Source of the DNA: an uncultured Rhodobacteraceae bacterium
Lineage (GTDB): Bacteria > Pseudomonadota > Alphaproteobacteria > Rhodobacterales > Rhodobacteraceae
Direction: 5' to 3'
NCBI GenBank assembly: GCA_945952025.1
Contig: CAMFGW010000011.1
Coordinates: 10,377 to 74,376, forward strand
DNA: 64,000 nucleotides
A program made the position numbers and the translations under genes. The stretch's first letter is position 1, and each line of letters begins with the position of its first letter. Below are positions 20,968 through 31,828 of the stretch, piece by piece. Below the pieces are notes generated by a model. The model was not told where the DNA came from and ran no database searches. It worked only from the letters and a program-made list of their open reading frames with translations.

Positions 20968-21165
20968 GTCCTGTTCCCGTTCTTGCCGCGGCGCCCCCGC
21001 CGCGCCGGCCCGCTGGCGCTTCTGGCCGGGGGCTGGTTGTATCTGGCCTTTCTAAAATCATATTGTCTGGCATGGAACAAGCAAAACCGATGCCGACCGG
21101 ACAGGTTCCGGGTCCGGCATCCTGCCCCCCGCCCCACGCGCCCTTTCGCCCCTTCGGAGCCTGAC

Positions 21166-22585
<1,420 letters not shown>

Positions 22586-22587
<2 letters not shown>

Positions 22588-22657
22588 AAATCGGTGGCCC
22601 GAAAATCGGTGGCCCGAAAATCTGCGGCCCAAAAATCTGCGGCCCGAAAATCGGTGG
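22586..22657. repeat. 15-bp tandem repeat (VNTR), ~4.8 copies
   Basis: GAAAATCGGTGGCCC x2, GAAAATCTGCGGCCC, AAAAATCTGCGGCCC, GAAAATCGGTGG. It starts within the tldD stop codon. Confidence 0.95.
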
Positions 22658-22692
22658 ATCGGGTGAAATAAAGTGAAGGGAGGGGGCGAATC

Positions 22693-22708
22693 GTAACGGA
22701 CCGTTAAC
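22693..22708 (+). promoter_or_regulatory. CtrA-like binding site upstream of dprA
   Basis: GTAA-CGGACCG-TTAAC has one mismatch to the CtrA consensus TTAA-N7-TTAAC and lies 27 bp before the dprA start. dprA is CtrA-dependent in Rhodobacter capsulatus. Confidence 0.65.
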
Positions 22709-22735
22709 CTTTGCGGGTCCATGGTGGCCCTGCGA

Positions 22736-23980
22736 ATGAGCGGGCGCCACGAAGGTTACGGTTTGTTTTCTCTCCACACCCCCTTCACCCCACCCACCAC
22801 GGAAGAGGACAGGCTCGCATGGCTCCGTCTCATTCGCTCCCGTCGCGTCGGACCGGCCACCTTCTGGCGGCTCCTGGCGGAACACGGCTCGGCGCTGGCG
22901 GCCATCGCCGCCCTGCCGGGCCTCGCGCGGGACGCAGGCCTTTCCAGTTATGACGCCTATGGCGAAGAAGCCGCACGGGCCGAACTGCGCGCCGGAACGC
23001 GCACCGGCGCCCGGCTGATCTTTCGCGGCGCGACCGACTACCCGCCGCTTCTGGCCCAACTTGGCGATCCGCCGCCAGTCCTCTGGGCCCTCGGCCAGCC
23101 CGCGCTCGCAGCGCGGCCGACCGTGGCCCTTGTCGGCGCGCGCAACGCCTCGTCGCTTGGCCTGCGCATGGCCCGCGCACTGGCCGAAGGCCTTGCGGCC
23201 GCGGGCGTGACCATCGTTTCGGGCCTTGCGCGCGGCATCGACGCCGCGGCGCATCAGGCCGCGCTCGAAGGCGGCACCGTCGCCGTCGTCGCGGGCGGCG
23301 TCGACATGTCCTGGCCGGTCGAAAACGCAGGCCTTGCGGCGCGGATGCGGACCGAAGGGCTGATCCTGTCGGAACAACCCATCGGCATGGACCCCCAGGC
23401 CCGCCATTTCCCCCAGCGCAACCGCCTGATTTCCGGTCTCGCCCGCGCGACCGTGGTGGTCGAGGCCGCGCCCCAGTCCGGCAGCCTCATCACCGCCCGC
23501 GCCGCCCTCGACCAGGGGCGTGAGGTCATGGCGGTGCCCGGCCACCCCTTCGACGGACGCGCCGGCGGCTCGAACCTGCTTCTGCGCGACGGCGCGACGC
23601 TCGTCCGGGGCGCCGCCGATGTGCTGGCCGCCCTTGGCCTTGTGCCCGAAGCCGCACCAGCCGCCAAGCCGGCGCAAGCCGGAGACGGAGAGCGCGCCCG
23701 GCACGACGCGCCTCCGCAGGCGCGGCCCGCAACGGCCCGCCGCCTGCCCGCACAGCCCCCGGCCGCACCGCTTCCCGCCAGCGACAGTCCGGCAGCCGGT
23801 CCCGACCGCCGGCCCCTGTCGCGCCGCATCCTCGACCTTCTGTCGGCAAGCCCGGTGGCCGAGGACCAGCTTCTGCGCGACCTCGCCGTCAGTCCGGCCG
23901 ACGCCGCCCCCGACATCCTGGCCCTGGAGCTCGACGGCCACCTGCGCCGCCAGCCCGGCGGACTTCTGTCGCGCATCTGA
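22736..23980 (+). CDS. dprA: DNA processing protein DprA
   Basis: LIRSRRVGPATF, VALVGARNAS, VSGLARGIDAAAH, HFPQRNRLISGL, SGSLITA and AVPGHP motifs, plus a C-terminal winged helix. Confidence 0.95.
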   Translation: MSGRHEGYGLFSLHTPFTPPTTEEDRLAWLRLIRSRRVGPATFWRLLAEHGSALAAIAALPGLARDAGLSSYDAYGEEAARAELRAGTRTGARLIFRGATDYPPLLAQLGDPPPVLWALGQPALAARPTVALVGARNASSLGLRMARALAEGLAAAGVTIVSGLARGIDAAAHQAALEGGTVAVVAGGVDMSWPVENAGLAARMRTEGLILSEQPIGMDPQARHFPQRNRLISGLARATVVVEAAPQSGSLITARAALDQGREVMAVPGHPFDGRAGGSNLLLRDGATLVRGAADVLAALGLVPEAAPAAKPAQAGDGERARHDAPPQARPATARRLPAQPPAAPLPASDSPAAGPDRRPLSRRILDLLSASPVAEDQLLRDLAVSPADAAPDILALELDGHLRRQPGGLLSRI

Positions 23981-24120
23981 CCCCGGGGCGCCCTGCCCTT
24001 TCCCTGGCGCGTCGCCGACGGCAAGAACGGCCCGCAGCGCCTGCTCGCGATGGTGATCGCCACATTTCCGGCGCACGGGGGGCCCGACCCACCGGCCCTT
24101 CACGGCGGGCTGTGAAACCG

Positions 24121-24570
24121 CTTCGCACAAATCGGTCCGCCCGAGGCTGCGACTGGACAATACTCCGTGCCCGCCAACGACCACTCTTCACACAAATCGG
24201 CCCACCCGACGCCGCGACTGGCCCCACCTGCTCCTGGCGACGACAACCATTTACACAGATCGGCCCGCCCGGGGCGGCGACCGGACGCCCTTCCGCCTGC
24301 CGACCACCACCCTTCACCCAGATCGGCACGCTCAAAGTCTCAACCTGACAGCCCTCCGCGCACGCCGCCGACCAACCGTCACGCAGATCAGCCCGCCCGA
24401 AGTCACGACCGGAAGTCCCCTGCACCCGCCAATGACCGCCCTCCGCATGAATCGGACCGCTAGAAGTCGCGACCGGACAAACACCCGCACCTGCCGACAA
24501 CCACCCTTCGCTCAACCCAGTCCACGCGCCGCATCACTCGGACAGCCTTTCCTGCCCGCCGCCGACCCAG
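24121..24570. repeat. Degenerate ~63-65-bp tandem repeat array (6 clear units plus 1 degenerate)
   Basis: The ATCGG/ATCAG core recurs at 24131, 24196, 24259, 24322, 24387 and 24451. Approximate consensus CTTCACACARATCGGCCCGCCCGAAGTCGCGACCGGAC-N~12-CCGCCGACAACCACC. Confidence 0.8.
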
Positions 24571-24736
24571 CCCCAACGATCAGCCCCCCGCGACCGCCCA
24601 CCGGGACGACCCTCCGCCACCACCCGCGACAGCACCAAGGCCATGCCTCACCCCTTCGACCGGGCCGGACCATCTCCGCCAAAGCCCCGCGTGGCGCCGA
24701 TCGGCCACCCTTTCGCGGCGTCGGTTGCGCCCCTCA

Positions 24737-24765
24737 TTGACAGCCCCACCCTTCCCCCCCATGTT
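24737..24765 (+). promoter_or_regulatory. Candidate sigma70 promoter for topA
   Basis: TTGACA (24737-24742)-N17-CATGTT, 40 bp upstream of the topA ATG. Confidence 0.4.
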
Positions 24766-24805
24766 CCGCGATCGAACCCGAACCCCCCGGAGCAGCGTTG
24801 TAGTC

Positions 24806-27412
24806 ATGGCCGTCGTCGTCGTAGAATCCCCCGCCAAGGCCAAGACAATCAACAAATATCTTGGGCCCGACTATACGGTCCTTGCCTCTTATGGCCATGT
24901 CCGCGACCTGCCGCCGAAGGACGGTTCCGTCCAGCCCGACGATGGTTTCCACATGATCTGGGAAGTCGCGGCTGATTCGAAAAAGCACCTGCGCGCCATC
25001 GCCGACGCCCTCAAGACCGATGACACGCTGATCCTCGCGACCGACCCCGACCGCGAGGGCGAGGCGATTTCCTGGCACCTGAAAGAGGCGCTCGCCCCCT
25101 CGCTCAAGAAGGGCAAGGAGGTGCGCCGCGTCACCTTCAACGCCATCACCAAATCGGCCGTGACCGAAGCCATGGCCGCCCCCCGCGACATCGACATGGA
25201 GCTGGTGGACGCCTACCTGGCCCGCCGCGCGCTCGACTACCTGGTGGGCTTCAACCTCTCGCCGGTCCTCTGGCGCAAGCTGCCGGGCGCCCGCTCGGCC
25301 GGCCGGGTGCAGTCGGTCGTCCTGCGCCTTGTCGTCGAGCGCGAGCTGGAGATCGAGGCCTTCCAGGCCCGCGAATACTGGACCGTCGGCGCCCGGCTCG
25401 CGACGCCGCGCGGCCAGGAATTCGACGCCCGCCTCACGGTCTTCGCCGGCAAGAAGCTGGAAAAATACGACCTGCCGAACGCCGAAGCGGCCGAACTTGC
25501 CGTCCGGGCCATCACCTCGCGCCCCCTCTCGGTCGCCCGGGTCGAAGCCAAGGGGGCAGTGCGCAACCCCTACCCGCCCTTCATGACCTCGACCCTGCAA
25601 CAGGAAGCCAGCCGCAAGTTCGGCATGGGCGCGAAGGCCACCATGCAGGCCGCCCAGCGGCTCTACGAGGCCGGGCACATCACCTACATGCGGACTGACG
25701 GCATCGACATGGCGCCCGAAGCGGTCATGGCCGCGCGCGACGAAATCCGCCGCCGCTTCGGCGCCGACTACGTGCCGCCGAGCCCGCGCATGTACAAGAA
25801 CAAGGCCAAGAACGCGCAAGAGGCGCATGAATGCATCCGCCCGACCGACATGGGCGCCTCGCCCGAGAAACTCCGGCTCGAGGATGACCAGCGCAAGCTC
25901 TATGACCTGATCTGGAAGCGCACCCTGGCCAGCCAGATGGCGGCGGCGCGGCTGGAACGCACGATGGTCGACCTGGCCAGCCCCGACGGCCAGATCGAAC
26001 TCCGCGCGACGGGTCAGGTCGTGCTCTTCGACGGCTTCCTCAAGGTCTATGACGAAAGCCGCGACGACGAGGATGGCGAGGACAGCGCCCGCCTGCCCCA
26101 GATCATGGAAGGCGAGCCGGTCGACAAGCGCCAGATCACGCCGGAACAGCATTTCACCCAGCCGCCGCCGCGCTACACCGAAGCCACGCTCATCAAGCGG
26201 ATGGAGGAGTTGGGCATCGGTCGGCCCTCGACCTACACCTCGGTCGTCACCACGATCCAGGACCGCGACTATGTGCGCAAGGAAAAGAACCGCCTGATCC
26301 CCGAGGACAAGGGCCGGCTTGTCACGGCGTTCCTCACGAACTTCTTCCGCCGCTATGTCGAGTATGATTTCACCGCCGACCTTGAAACCGAGCTTGACGA
26401 GATTTCGGCCGGGGACCTGAACTACAAGGACGTCCTTGCCCGCTTCTGGCGAGATTTCGCGGCGGCGGTGGCGGAAACGTCCGACCTGAAGATCAGCGAG
26501 GCCATCGCCAAGATCGACGAGTTCCTGGCGCCGCACCTTTATCCGCCCAGGGCGGACGGGTCGGACCCGCGCGTCTGCCAGGTCTGCGGCACCGGGCGGC
26601 TGTCCTTGCGGACCGCGCGGTCCGGCGGCGCCTTCATCGGTTGCAGCAACTACCCCACTTGCCGCTACACCCGCCCCCTTTCGGCGCCGAACGGCGACGA
26701 GGCGGTGGTGGACGGCAAGGTGCTGGGCCAGGACGAGGCCGGCGAGCCGATCTCCTTACGCGCCGGGCGCTTCGGACCCTACGTCCAGCGCGGCGAGGCG
26801 ACCGAGGAACGCCCGAAACCCGACCGCGCCAGCCTGCCCAAGGGCTGGGCACCCGATGGCGTGACGCTCGAACGCGCGCTCGACCTTTTGGCGCTGCCGC
26901 GCCTCGTCGGCCCCCACCCCGACGACGGCGCCCCGGTCGAGGCCGGGATCGGCCGCTTCGGTCCTTATGTGAAGCACAACGCGACCTACGCGAACCTGCC
27001 GGAGGTCGAGGAGGTCTTCACCCTCGGCATGAACCGCGCGGTCGAGGTTCTGGCCCTGAAAGCCGCCCGCGGCCCCCGCGCCTCGGCCGCCGCCCCCCTG
27101 CGCACGCTCGGCGACCACCCGGACGGCGGCCCGATCCAGGTGATGGCGGGGCGCTATGGGCCTTATGTGAAGTGGGAAAAGGTCAACGCGACCCTGCCGA
27201 AAGAACTCGCCCCCGAAGCCGTGACGATGGAAGAGGCGCTTGCCCTGATTGCCGAGAAGGCCACAAAGGGCGGCAGAGGCAAGACGCCGCGCAAGGCTGC
27301 GGCGGCCAAGACCGCGAAGGCCGCCAAGCCCAAGGCGGCAAAGGCGACCGCCAGCAAGGCAAAGGCCACGAAGCCCGCGACGAAGGCGAAGAAGGCAGCG
27401 ACGGCGGAGTGA
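24806..27412 (+). CDS. topA: DNA topoisomerase I
   Basis: VVVESPAKAKTINKYLG, ATDPDREGEAI, SAGRVQS and catalytic ITYMRTD motifs, a Zn ribbon, and an Ala/Lys-rich tail. Confidence 0.97.
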   Translation: MAVVVVESPAKAKTINKYLGPDYTVLASYGHVRDLPPKDGSVQPDDGFHMIWEVAADSKKHLRAIADALKTDDTLILATDPDREGEAISWHLKEALAPSLKKGKEVRRVTFNAITKSAVTEAMAAPRDIDMELVDAYLARRALDYLVGFNLSPVLWRKLPGARSAGRVQSVVLRLVVERELEIEAFQAREYWTVGARLATPRGQEFDARLTVFAGKKLEKYDLPNAEAAELAVRAITSRPLSVARVEAKGAVRNPYPPFMTSTLQQEASRKFGMGAKATMQAAQRLYEAGHITYMRTDGIDMAPEAVMAARDEIRRRFGADYVPPSPRMYKNKAKNAQEAHECIRPTDMGASPEKLRLEDDQRKLYDLIWKRTLASQMAAARLERTMVDLASPDGQIELRATGQVVLFDGFLKVYDESRDDEDGEDSARLPQIMEGEPVDKRQITPEQHFTQPPPRYTEATLIKRMEELGIGRPSTYTSVVTTIQDRDYVRKEKNRLIPEDKGRLVTAFLTNFFRRYVEYDFTADLETELDEISAGDLNYKDVLARFWRDFAAAVAETSDLKISEAIAKIDEFLAPHLYPPRADGSDPRVCQVCGTGRLSLRTARSGGAFIGCSNYPTCRYTRPLSAPNGDEAVVDGKVLGQDEAGEPISLRAGRFGPYVQRGEATEERPKPDRASLPKGWAPDGVTLERALDLLALPRLVGPHPDDGAPVEAGIGRFGPYVKHNATYANLPEVEEVFTLGMNRAVEVLALKAARGPRASAAAPLRTLGDHPDGGPIQVMAGRYGPYVKWEKVNATLPKELAPEAVTMEEALALIAEKATKGGRGKTPRKAAAAKTAKAAKPKAAKATASKAKATKPATKAKKAATAE

Positions 27413-27512
27413 CCCGCCGCCGCCCTGCGGCCCCGCCCAACCCCGTTGCCCGATGGCGCTGCCAGCGCTAGCCTCGCGCAAAACGGGTGCCCGAAACGGG
27501 TGATGGGGGGCT

Positions 27513-27905
27513 ATGATGGACAATGTCGCGTTTTTTGTCGCGGGCCTGTTTCTGGGCGTTCCCTTCATCATCTGGGGCTATCTGAAACTCAGGGGCGGCG
27601 AGGCGAAGCTCGTGCCCTTCCTCGTGGCGCTCGGCCTGCCCGACGCGACCGTGCTCGCCTACCTCGTGGGCCTCTGCGAATTCGTGGGCGGCCTTGCCGT
27701 CGTCATCGGCTACCCCGCCCGCCTCGCCGCGATCTTGCTCGGTCTCTGGTGCCCTGTGACCGGCTCTCAGGCGCACATTGGCGATACGAACGCGCTCATG
27801 TCGCACGTGACCATGGCCGGTGGCTTCTTCCTTCTGGCCATCGCCGCAACCGGAACGCTTGCGCTTTTCGGCGGCGTGCCGCCCGGCCATTTCGGCGACA
27901 TCTGA
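27513..27905 (+). CDS. DoxX family membrane protein
   Basis: Four hydrophobic segments: FIIWGYLKL, LCEFVGGLAVVIGYPARLAA..L, HVTMAGGFFLLA. Confidence 0.75.
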   Translation: MMDNVAFFVAGLFLGVPFIIWGYLKLRGGEAKLVPFLVALGLPDATVLAYLVGLCEFVGGLAVVIGYPARLAAILLGLWCPVTGSQAHIGDTNALMSHVTMAGGFFLLAIAATGTLALFGGVPPGHFGDI

Positions 27906-27923
27906 AGGGCGCTCCTCAAGCCC

Positions 27924-28511
27924 CTATGCCCCCCCTTCGGGCGCCATCAGCAGCTTGCGCACCAGCTCGAAACTGTTCCTGACCTGCAGCTTGCGGATCA
28001 TGTTGGCGCGGTGCCCCTCGATCGTGCGGTGCGAACAGGCCAGCGCCAGCGCGATTTCCTTGCTGGTGAAGCCGTTGACCAGATAATGCGCGATGCGTTT
28101 TTCGGCCGGCGTCAGCAGATCGAACTGCCCAGCCCTCCGGTCCGCCGGCCGGTAGGTCCAGATCGCCAGCCGCTCGGGGTCGGTCCGGTCGAGCGCGGCG
28201 CCGCTGCCCTTCATCCAGACCACCTGTCCGTCCTTCCGGCGCATGAAGCGTTCGTCGTGGTAGACCGGCTGTTCGCGCAGCGCGCGCCGGGCGCGGTCGC
28301 CGATCACCTCAAAATCGCTCTGGCCGGGATAGAGCATGCGGATCGACTGGCCCTCGACCTCCCCCGGCGTCCAGCCGAAAACCTCGGCGACGCGCAGGCT
28401 CGCGCGCAGGATCACCCGGTCCGACAGGATCAGCGTGGCGTCCGGCGCATGCAGGAACGCCAGCCGCTCATAGTCCCGCCCCGACGCCATTGGTCCCGAT
28501 GGGTTGGTCAT
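27924..28511 (-). CDS. PAS + LuxR-type HTH transcriptional regulator
   Basis: PAS motif ([19 protein letters not shown]; RRKDGQVVW) plus LTPAEKRIA...[25 protein letters not shown]. Confidence 0.88.
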   Translation of the reverse strand: MTNPSGPMASGRDYERLAFLHAPDATLILSDRVILRASLRVAEVFGWTPGEVEGQSIRMLYPGQSDFEVIGDRARRALREQPVYHDERFMRRKDGQVVWMKGSGAALDRTDPERLAIWTYRPADRRAGQFDLLTPAEKRIAHYLVNGFTSKEIALALACSHRTIEGHRANMIRKLQVRNSFELVRKLLMAPEGGA

Positions 28512-28518
28512 TTGTGCC

Positions 28519-28546
28519 TCTACGTATCCTTCTACGTATTTTTACG
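28519..28546. promoter_or_regulatory. Tandem TCTACGTAT boxes in the regulator/scoA divergent intergenic region
   Basis: TCTACGTAT at 28519-28527 and 28531-28539, plus TTTACG at 28541. AT-rich patch in GC-rich DNA. Confidence 0.4.
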
Positions 28547-28639
28547 GATGGTGGCCGCCCCGACAATCCGTCACGTTTCCGCCGGTCAGCGGCCCCGCCA
28601 TCCGGCGCCCGCGCCAACGTCATCGGAAGGAGGATGCCG

Positions 28640-29344
28640 GTGAAAAAGGTCTACCCGGACGCGAAATCTGCCCTGGACGGGCTACTTTTCGACGGAATGT
28701 TCATTGCGGCGGGCGGCTTCGGCCTCTGCGGCATCCCCGAGCTGTTGATCGCGGCGATCCGCGACGCGGGCACGAAGAACCTGACCATCGCCTCGAACAA
28801 TGCGGGCGTCGACGGGTTCGGGTTGGGCGTCCTGCTTCAGACCCGACAGGTCAGGAAGATGATCTCGTCCTACGTGGGCGAGAACGCGGAATTCATGCGC
28901 CAGTACCTGTCGGGCGAACTGGAGCTTGAGTTCAACCCGCAAGGCACGCTCGCCGAACGGATGCGGGCGGGTGGCGCGGGCATCCCCGGCTTCTACACCA
29001 AGACCGGCGTCGGCACCGTGATCGCCGACGGCAAGGAAGTGAAAAGCTTCGACGGCCAGGACTATATCCTGGAACGCGGCATCGTTTCCGACCTGTCGAT
29101 CGTCAAGGCCTGGAAGGCCGACCCGTCGGGCAACCTCGTCTTCCGAAAGACCGCGCGCAACTTCAACGGCCCGGCCGCGACCTGCGGGCGCGTCTGCGTG
29201 GCCGAGGTCGAGGAGATCGTCCCCCTTGGAGCGCTCGACCCCGACAAGATCCATGTGCCCGGCATCTACGTCCACCGCCTGATCGCCGGCCCGCACGAAA
29301 AACGCATCGAACAGCGCACCGTCCGCAAGAGGGAGTCCGCCTGA
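28640..29344 (+). CDS. scoA: 3-oxoacid CoA-transferase subunit A
   Basis: [35 protein letters not shown] and FRKTARNFN motifs. GTG start after GGAGG (alternative ATG at 28634). Confidence 0.92.
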   Translation: MKKVYPDAKSALDGLLFDGMFIAAGGFGLCGIPELLIAAIRDAGTKNLTIASNNAGVDGFGLGVLLQTRQVRKMISSYVGENAEFMRQYLSGELELEFNPQGTLAERMRAGGAGIPGFYTKTGVGTVIADGKEVKSFDGQDYILERGIVSDLSIVKAWKADPSGNLVFRKTARNFNGPAATCGRVCVAEVEEIVPLGALDPDKIHVPGIYVHRLIAGPHEKRIEQRTVRKRESA

Positions 29345-29973
29345 TGGCCTGGGACCGCAACCAAATGGCCGCGCGCGCGGCGCAAGAGCTTCAGGACGGC
29401 TGGTATGTGAACCTCGGGATCGGCATCCCGACGCTGGTGTCGAACTACATCCCCGAGGGGGTCGAGGTCACGCTCCAGTCCGAAAACGGCATGCTCGGCA
29501 TGGGCCCCTTCCCGTTCGAGGGCGAAGAAGACGCCGACCTTATCAACGCCGGCAAGCAGACCATCACCGAACTGCCCCAGACCGCCTATTTCGACAGCGC
29601 CCAGAGCTTCGCCATGATCCGCGGCGGCAAGATCGCCATGGCGATCCTGGGTGCCATGGAAGTGGCCGAAAACGGTGACCTGGCCAACTGGATGATCCCC
29701 GGTAAGCTCGTCAAGGGCATGGGCGGCGCGATGGACCTGGTGGCGGGCGTCGGGCGCGTGGTCGTGGTCATGGACCACACCTCGAAGCACGGCGAATCGA
29801 AGGTGCTGAAGGCCTGCACCCTGCCCCTGACCGGCAGGGGTGTCGTGAACCGCATCATCAGCAACCTCGGCGTCCTCGACGTGGTGCCCGGCGGGCTTAG
29901 GATCGTGGAACTGGCCGACGGCGTCACCGAGGCCGAGCTGCGCGCCGCGACCGAGGCGACAATTGTCAACTGA
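29344..29973 (+). CDS. scoB: 3-oxoacid CoA-transferase subunit B
   Basis: VNLGIGIPTLV, LQSENG (catalytic Glu) and GMGGAMDLV motifs. Confidence 0.93.
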   Translation: MAWDRNQMAARAAQELQDGWYVNLGIGIPTLVSNYIPEGVEVTLQSENGMLGMGPFPFEGEEDADLINAGKQTITELPQTAYFDSAQSFAMIRGGKIAMAILGAMEVAENGDLANWMIPGKLVKGMGGAMDLVAGVGRVVVVMDHTSKHGESKVLKACTLPLTGRGVVNRIISNLGVLDVVPGGLRIVELADGVTEAELRAATEATIVN

Positions 29974-30061
29974 CGGAGCCCACGCGGCCTTGCCTGACCG
30001 GGTGCCCGCCCCTTAATGTGGCGGCGCCCGGGACGGCCGGGCGCCCCTTCGCAGGTAGCCC

Positions 30062-30796
30062 ATGGACGACCACGCCCGGACCGAAGAGCCGCTCGATGGA
30101 GCAGAGGGGCCCCGGATCGAGCGCAAGCGCGGCTCGGGCGTCCAGTTCGTCTATGACACATTGCGCGCCGAGATCCTGGACCTGACGCTCGCCCCCGGCA
30201 GCCCGGTCGATGAAATCCAGATCGCCGAACGGCTCGGCATGTCCCGGACGCCGGTGCGCGAGGCGCTGGTGCGGCTTGCCGCCGAAGGGCTGGTCAGCAC
30301 GCTGCCGAACCGCTCGACCATCGTCGCACCCATCGACTTCCTGAACCTGTCGCCCTTCTTCGACGCCCTGACGCTCATGTATCGCGTCACGACCCGCCTT
30401 GCCGCCGATCAACACGAGCCCGCCGACCTGCCCTTGATCCGCGCCCGCCAGGCGGATTTTGAGCGTGCGGCCCTGGCCCGCGATGTCGTCGGCATGATCC
30501 TGACCAATCGCGACTTCCACGTCACCATCGCCGAAGCCGGTCGCAACCCCTACTACACCGCCCTCTTCGTGCGGCTGCTGGACGAAGGGCGGCGCATCCT
30601 GCGGATCTATTATTCGTTCTATCAGGACATCTTGCCACAAGAGTTTATCGCGGAACATGAAGAGATGATCGCCGCCATCGCCGCCCGCGACACCGCCCGC
30701 GCCGACCGCGTGGCGACGGCCCACGCCGACCAGATCGTGCGCCAGATTCAGGCGGTCATTGCCCGGGACCGGCGACAATCTGTGCCGCTCGGCTGA
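30062..30796 (+). CDS. GntR/FCD transcriptional regulator (HypR-like)
   Basis: wHTH SRTPVREAL plus FCD domain (NRDFH..I...GRNPY; EHEEMI). Directly upstream of the hydroxyproline genes. Confidence 0.85.
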   Translation: MDDHARTEEPLDGAEGPRIERKRGSGVQFVYDTLRAEILDLTLAPGSPVDEIQIAERLGMSRTPVREALVRLAAEGLVSTLPNRSTIVAPIDFLNLSPFFDALTLMYRVTTRLAADQHEPADLPLIRARQADFERAALARDVVGMILTNRDFHVTIAEAGRNPYYTALFVRLLDEGRRILRIYYSFYQDILPQEFIAEHEEMIAAIAARDTARADRVATAHADQIVRQIQAVIARDRRQSVPLG

Positions 30797-30811
30797 TTTC
30801 AGTCGACTAAA

Positions 30812-30830
30812 AAAATACTTCCTGTATTTT
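30812..30830. promoter_or_regulatory. Inverted repeat AAAATAC-N5-GTATTTT, candidate GntR operator
   Basis: Perfect 7-bp inverted repeat between the regulator and the DHDPS-family gene, with AGTCGACT at 30801-30808 next to it. Confidence 0.45.
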
Positions 30831-30865
30831 CTGGACAGAATCGAAGCCCCTCACAGGAGACACCG

Positions 30866-31828
30866 ATGAATCCCCAGATCTTCTCCGGCTGCATTCCCGC
30901 CCTTCTGACCCCCTGCGGCCCCGACCGCACGCCGGACTTCGACGCGCTGGTCAAGAAGGGCAAGGAGCTGATCGCCGCCGGCATGTCCGCCGTGGTCTAT
31001 TGCGGCTCGATGGGCGACTGGCCCTTGCTGACCGACGAACAGCGGATGGAGGGCGTCGAGCGCCTGGTCAAAGCCGGCGTGCCGGTTATCGTCGGCACCG
31101 GCGCAGTCAATACCGCGACCGCCGTGGCCCATGTCCGCCATGCGGCCAAGGTTGGCGCGCAGGGCCTGATGCTGATCCCCCGCGTCCTGTCGCGCGGCTC
31201 GTCCGTTTCGGCCCAGCGCGCGCATTTCAAGGCGCTGCTGTCCGCCGCGCCCTCGCTTCCGGCGGTCATCTACAACAGCCCCTACTACGGCTATGCGACC
31301 CGCGCCGACCTCTTCTTCGACATCCGCAAGGACCACCCGAACCTCGTCGGCTTCAAGGAGTTCGGCGGCGCCGCCGACCTGCGCTATGCGGCCGAAAACA
31401 TCACCTCGCGCGACAAGGACGTGATCCTGATGATCGGCGTCGACACGCAGGTCTTCCACGGCTTCGTCAACTGCGGCGCGATCGGCGCCATCACCGGCAT
31501 CGGCAACGTCCTGCCGCGCGAAGTCCTGCACCTGTGCGCGCTGAGCCGGGCGGCCGCGGCCGGCGATGTCGAGGCCCGCGCGCGGGCGCTGGAGCTCGAC
31601 GCGGCGCTGAATGTGCTGTCGTCCTTCGACGAAGGGCCGGATCTGGTCCTTTACTACAAGTATCTGATGACCTTGAAGGGCGAGGCGGCCTATACGCTGC
31701 ACTTCGTCGAAAGTGACGGGCTGAGCGACAGCCAGCGCGGCTATGCCAAGGCGCAGTTCGAACTTTTCACGCGCTGGTATGCCGACTGGTCCAAGCTTCC
31801 GGGCGCCGTGTCGCGCCATGCCGCCTGA
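30866..31828 (+). CDS. DHDPS-family enzyme, probable delta1-pyrroline-4-hydroxy-2-carboxylate deaminase
   Basis: GCIPALLTP, YCGSMGDW, VIYNSPYY and GFKEFGG (Schiff-base Lys) motifs, together with the operon context. Confidence 0.8.
   Translation: MNPQIFSGCIPALLTPCGPDRTPDFDALVKKGKELIAAGMSAVVYCGSMGDWPLLTDEQRMEGVERLVKAGVPVIVGTGAVNTATAVAHVRHAAKVGAQGLMLIPRVLSRGSSVSAQRAHFKALLSAAPSLPAVIYNSPYYGYATRADLFFDIRKDHPNLVGFKEFGGAADLRYAAENITSRDKDVILMIGVDTQVFHGFVNCGAIGAITGIGNVLPREVLHLCALSRAAAAGDVEARARALELDAALNVLSSFDEGPDLVLYYKYLMTLKGEAAYTLHFVESDGLSDSQRGYAKAQFELFTRWYADWSKLPGAVSRHAA

Noticed and set aside
20968-21165. FnrL or RegA/PrrA site upstream of coxB
   Set aside because: There is no TTGAT-N4-ATCAA. The GCGGC-N6-GCCGC match is expected by chance at about 70% GC.
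23889-24515. 208-aa minus-strand ORF with repeated GGPICVK motifs
   Set aside because: It is a by-product of the repeat array. Unit lengths of 64 and 65 bp break the frame, and the ORF overlaps dprA antisense.
24121-24570. Calling the ~64-bp array a CRISPR array
   Set aside because: The repeats are too degenerate, the would-be spacers resemble each other (CCGCC.ACAACCACC-like ends), and there are no cas genes or AT-rich leader in the window.
27270-27412. Ala/Lys-rich repeat tail of TopA as a novelty
   Set aside because: Basic AK-rich C-terminal tails are common in alphaproteobacterial TopA.
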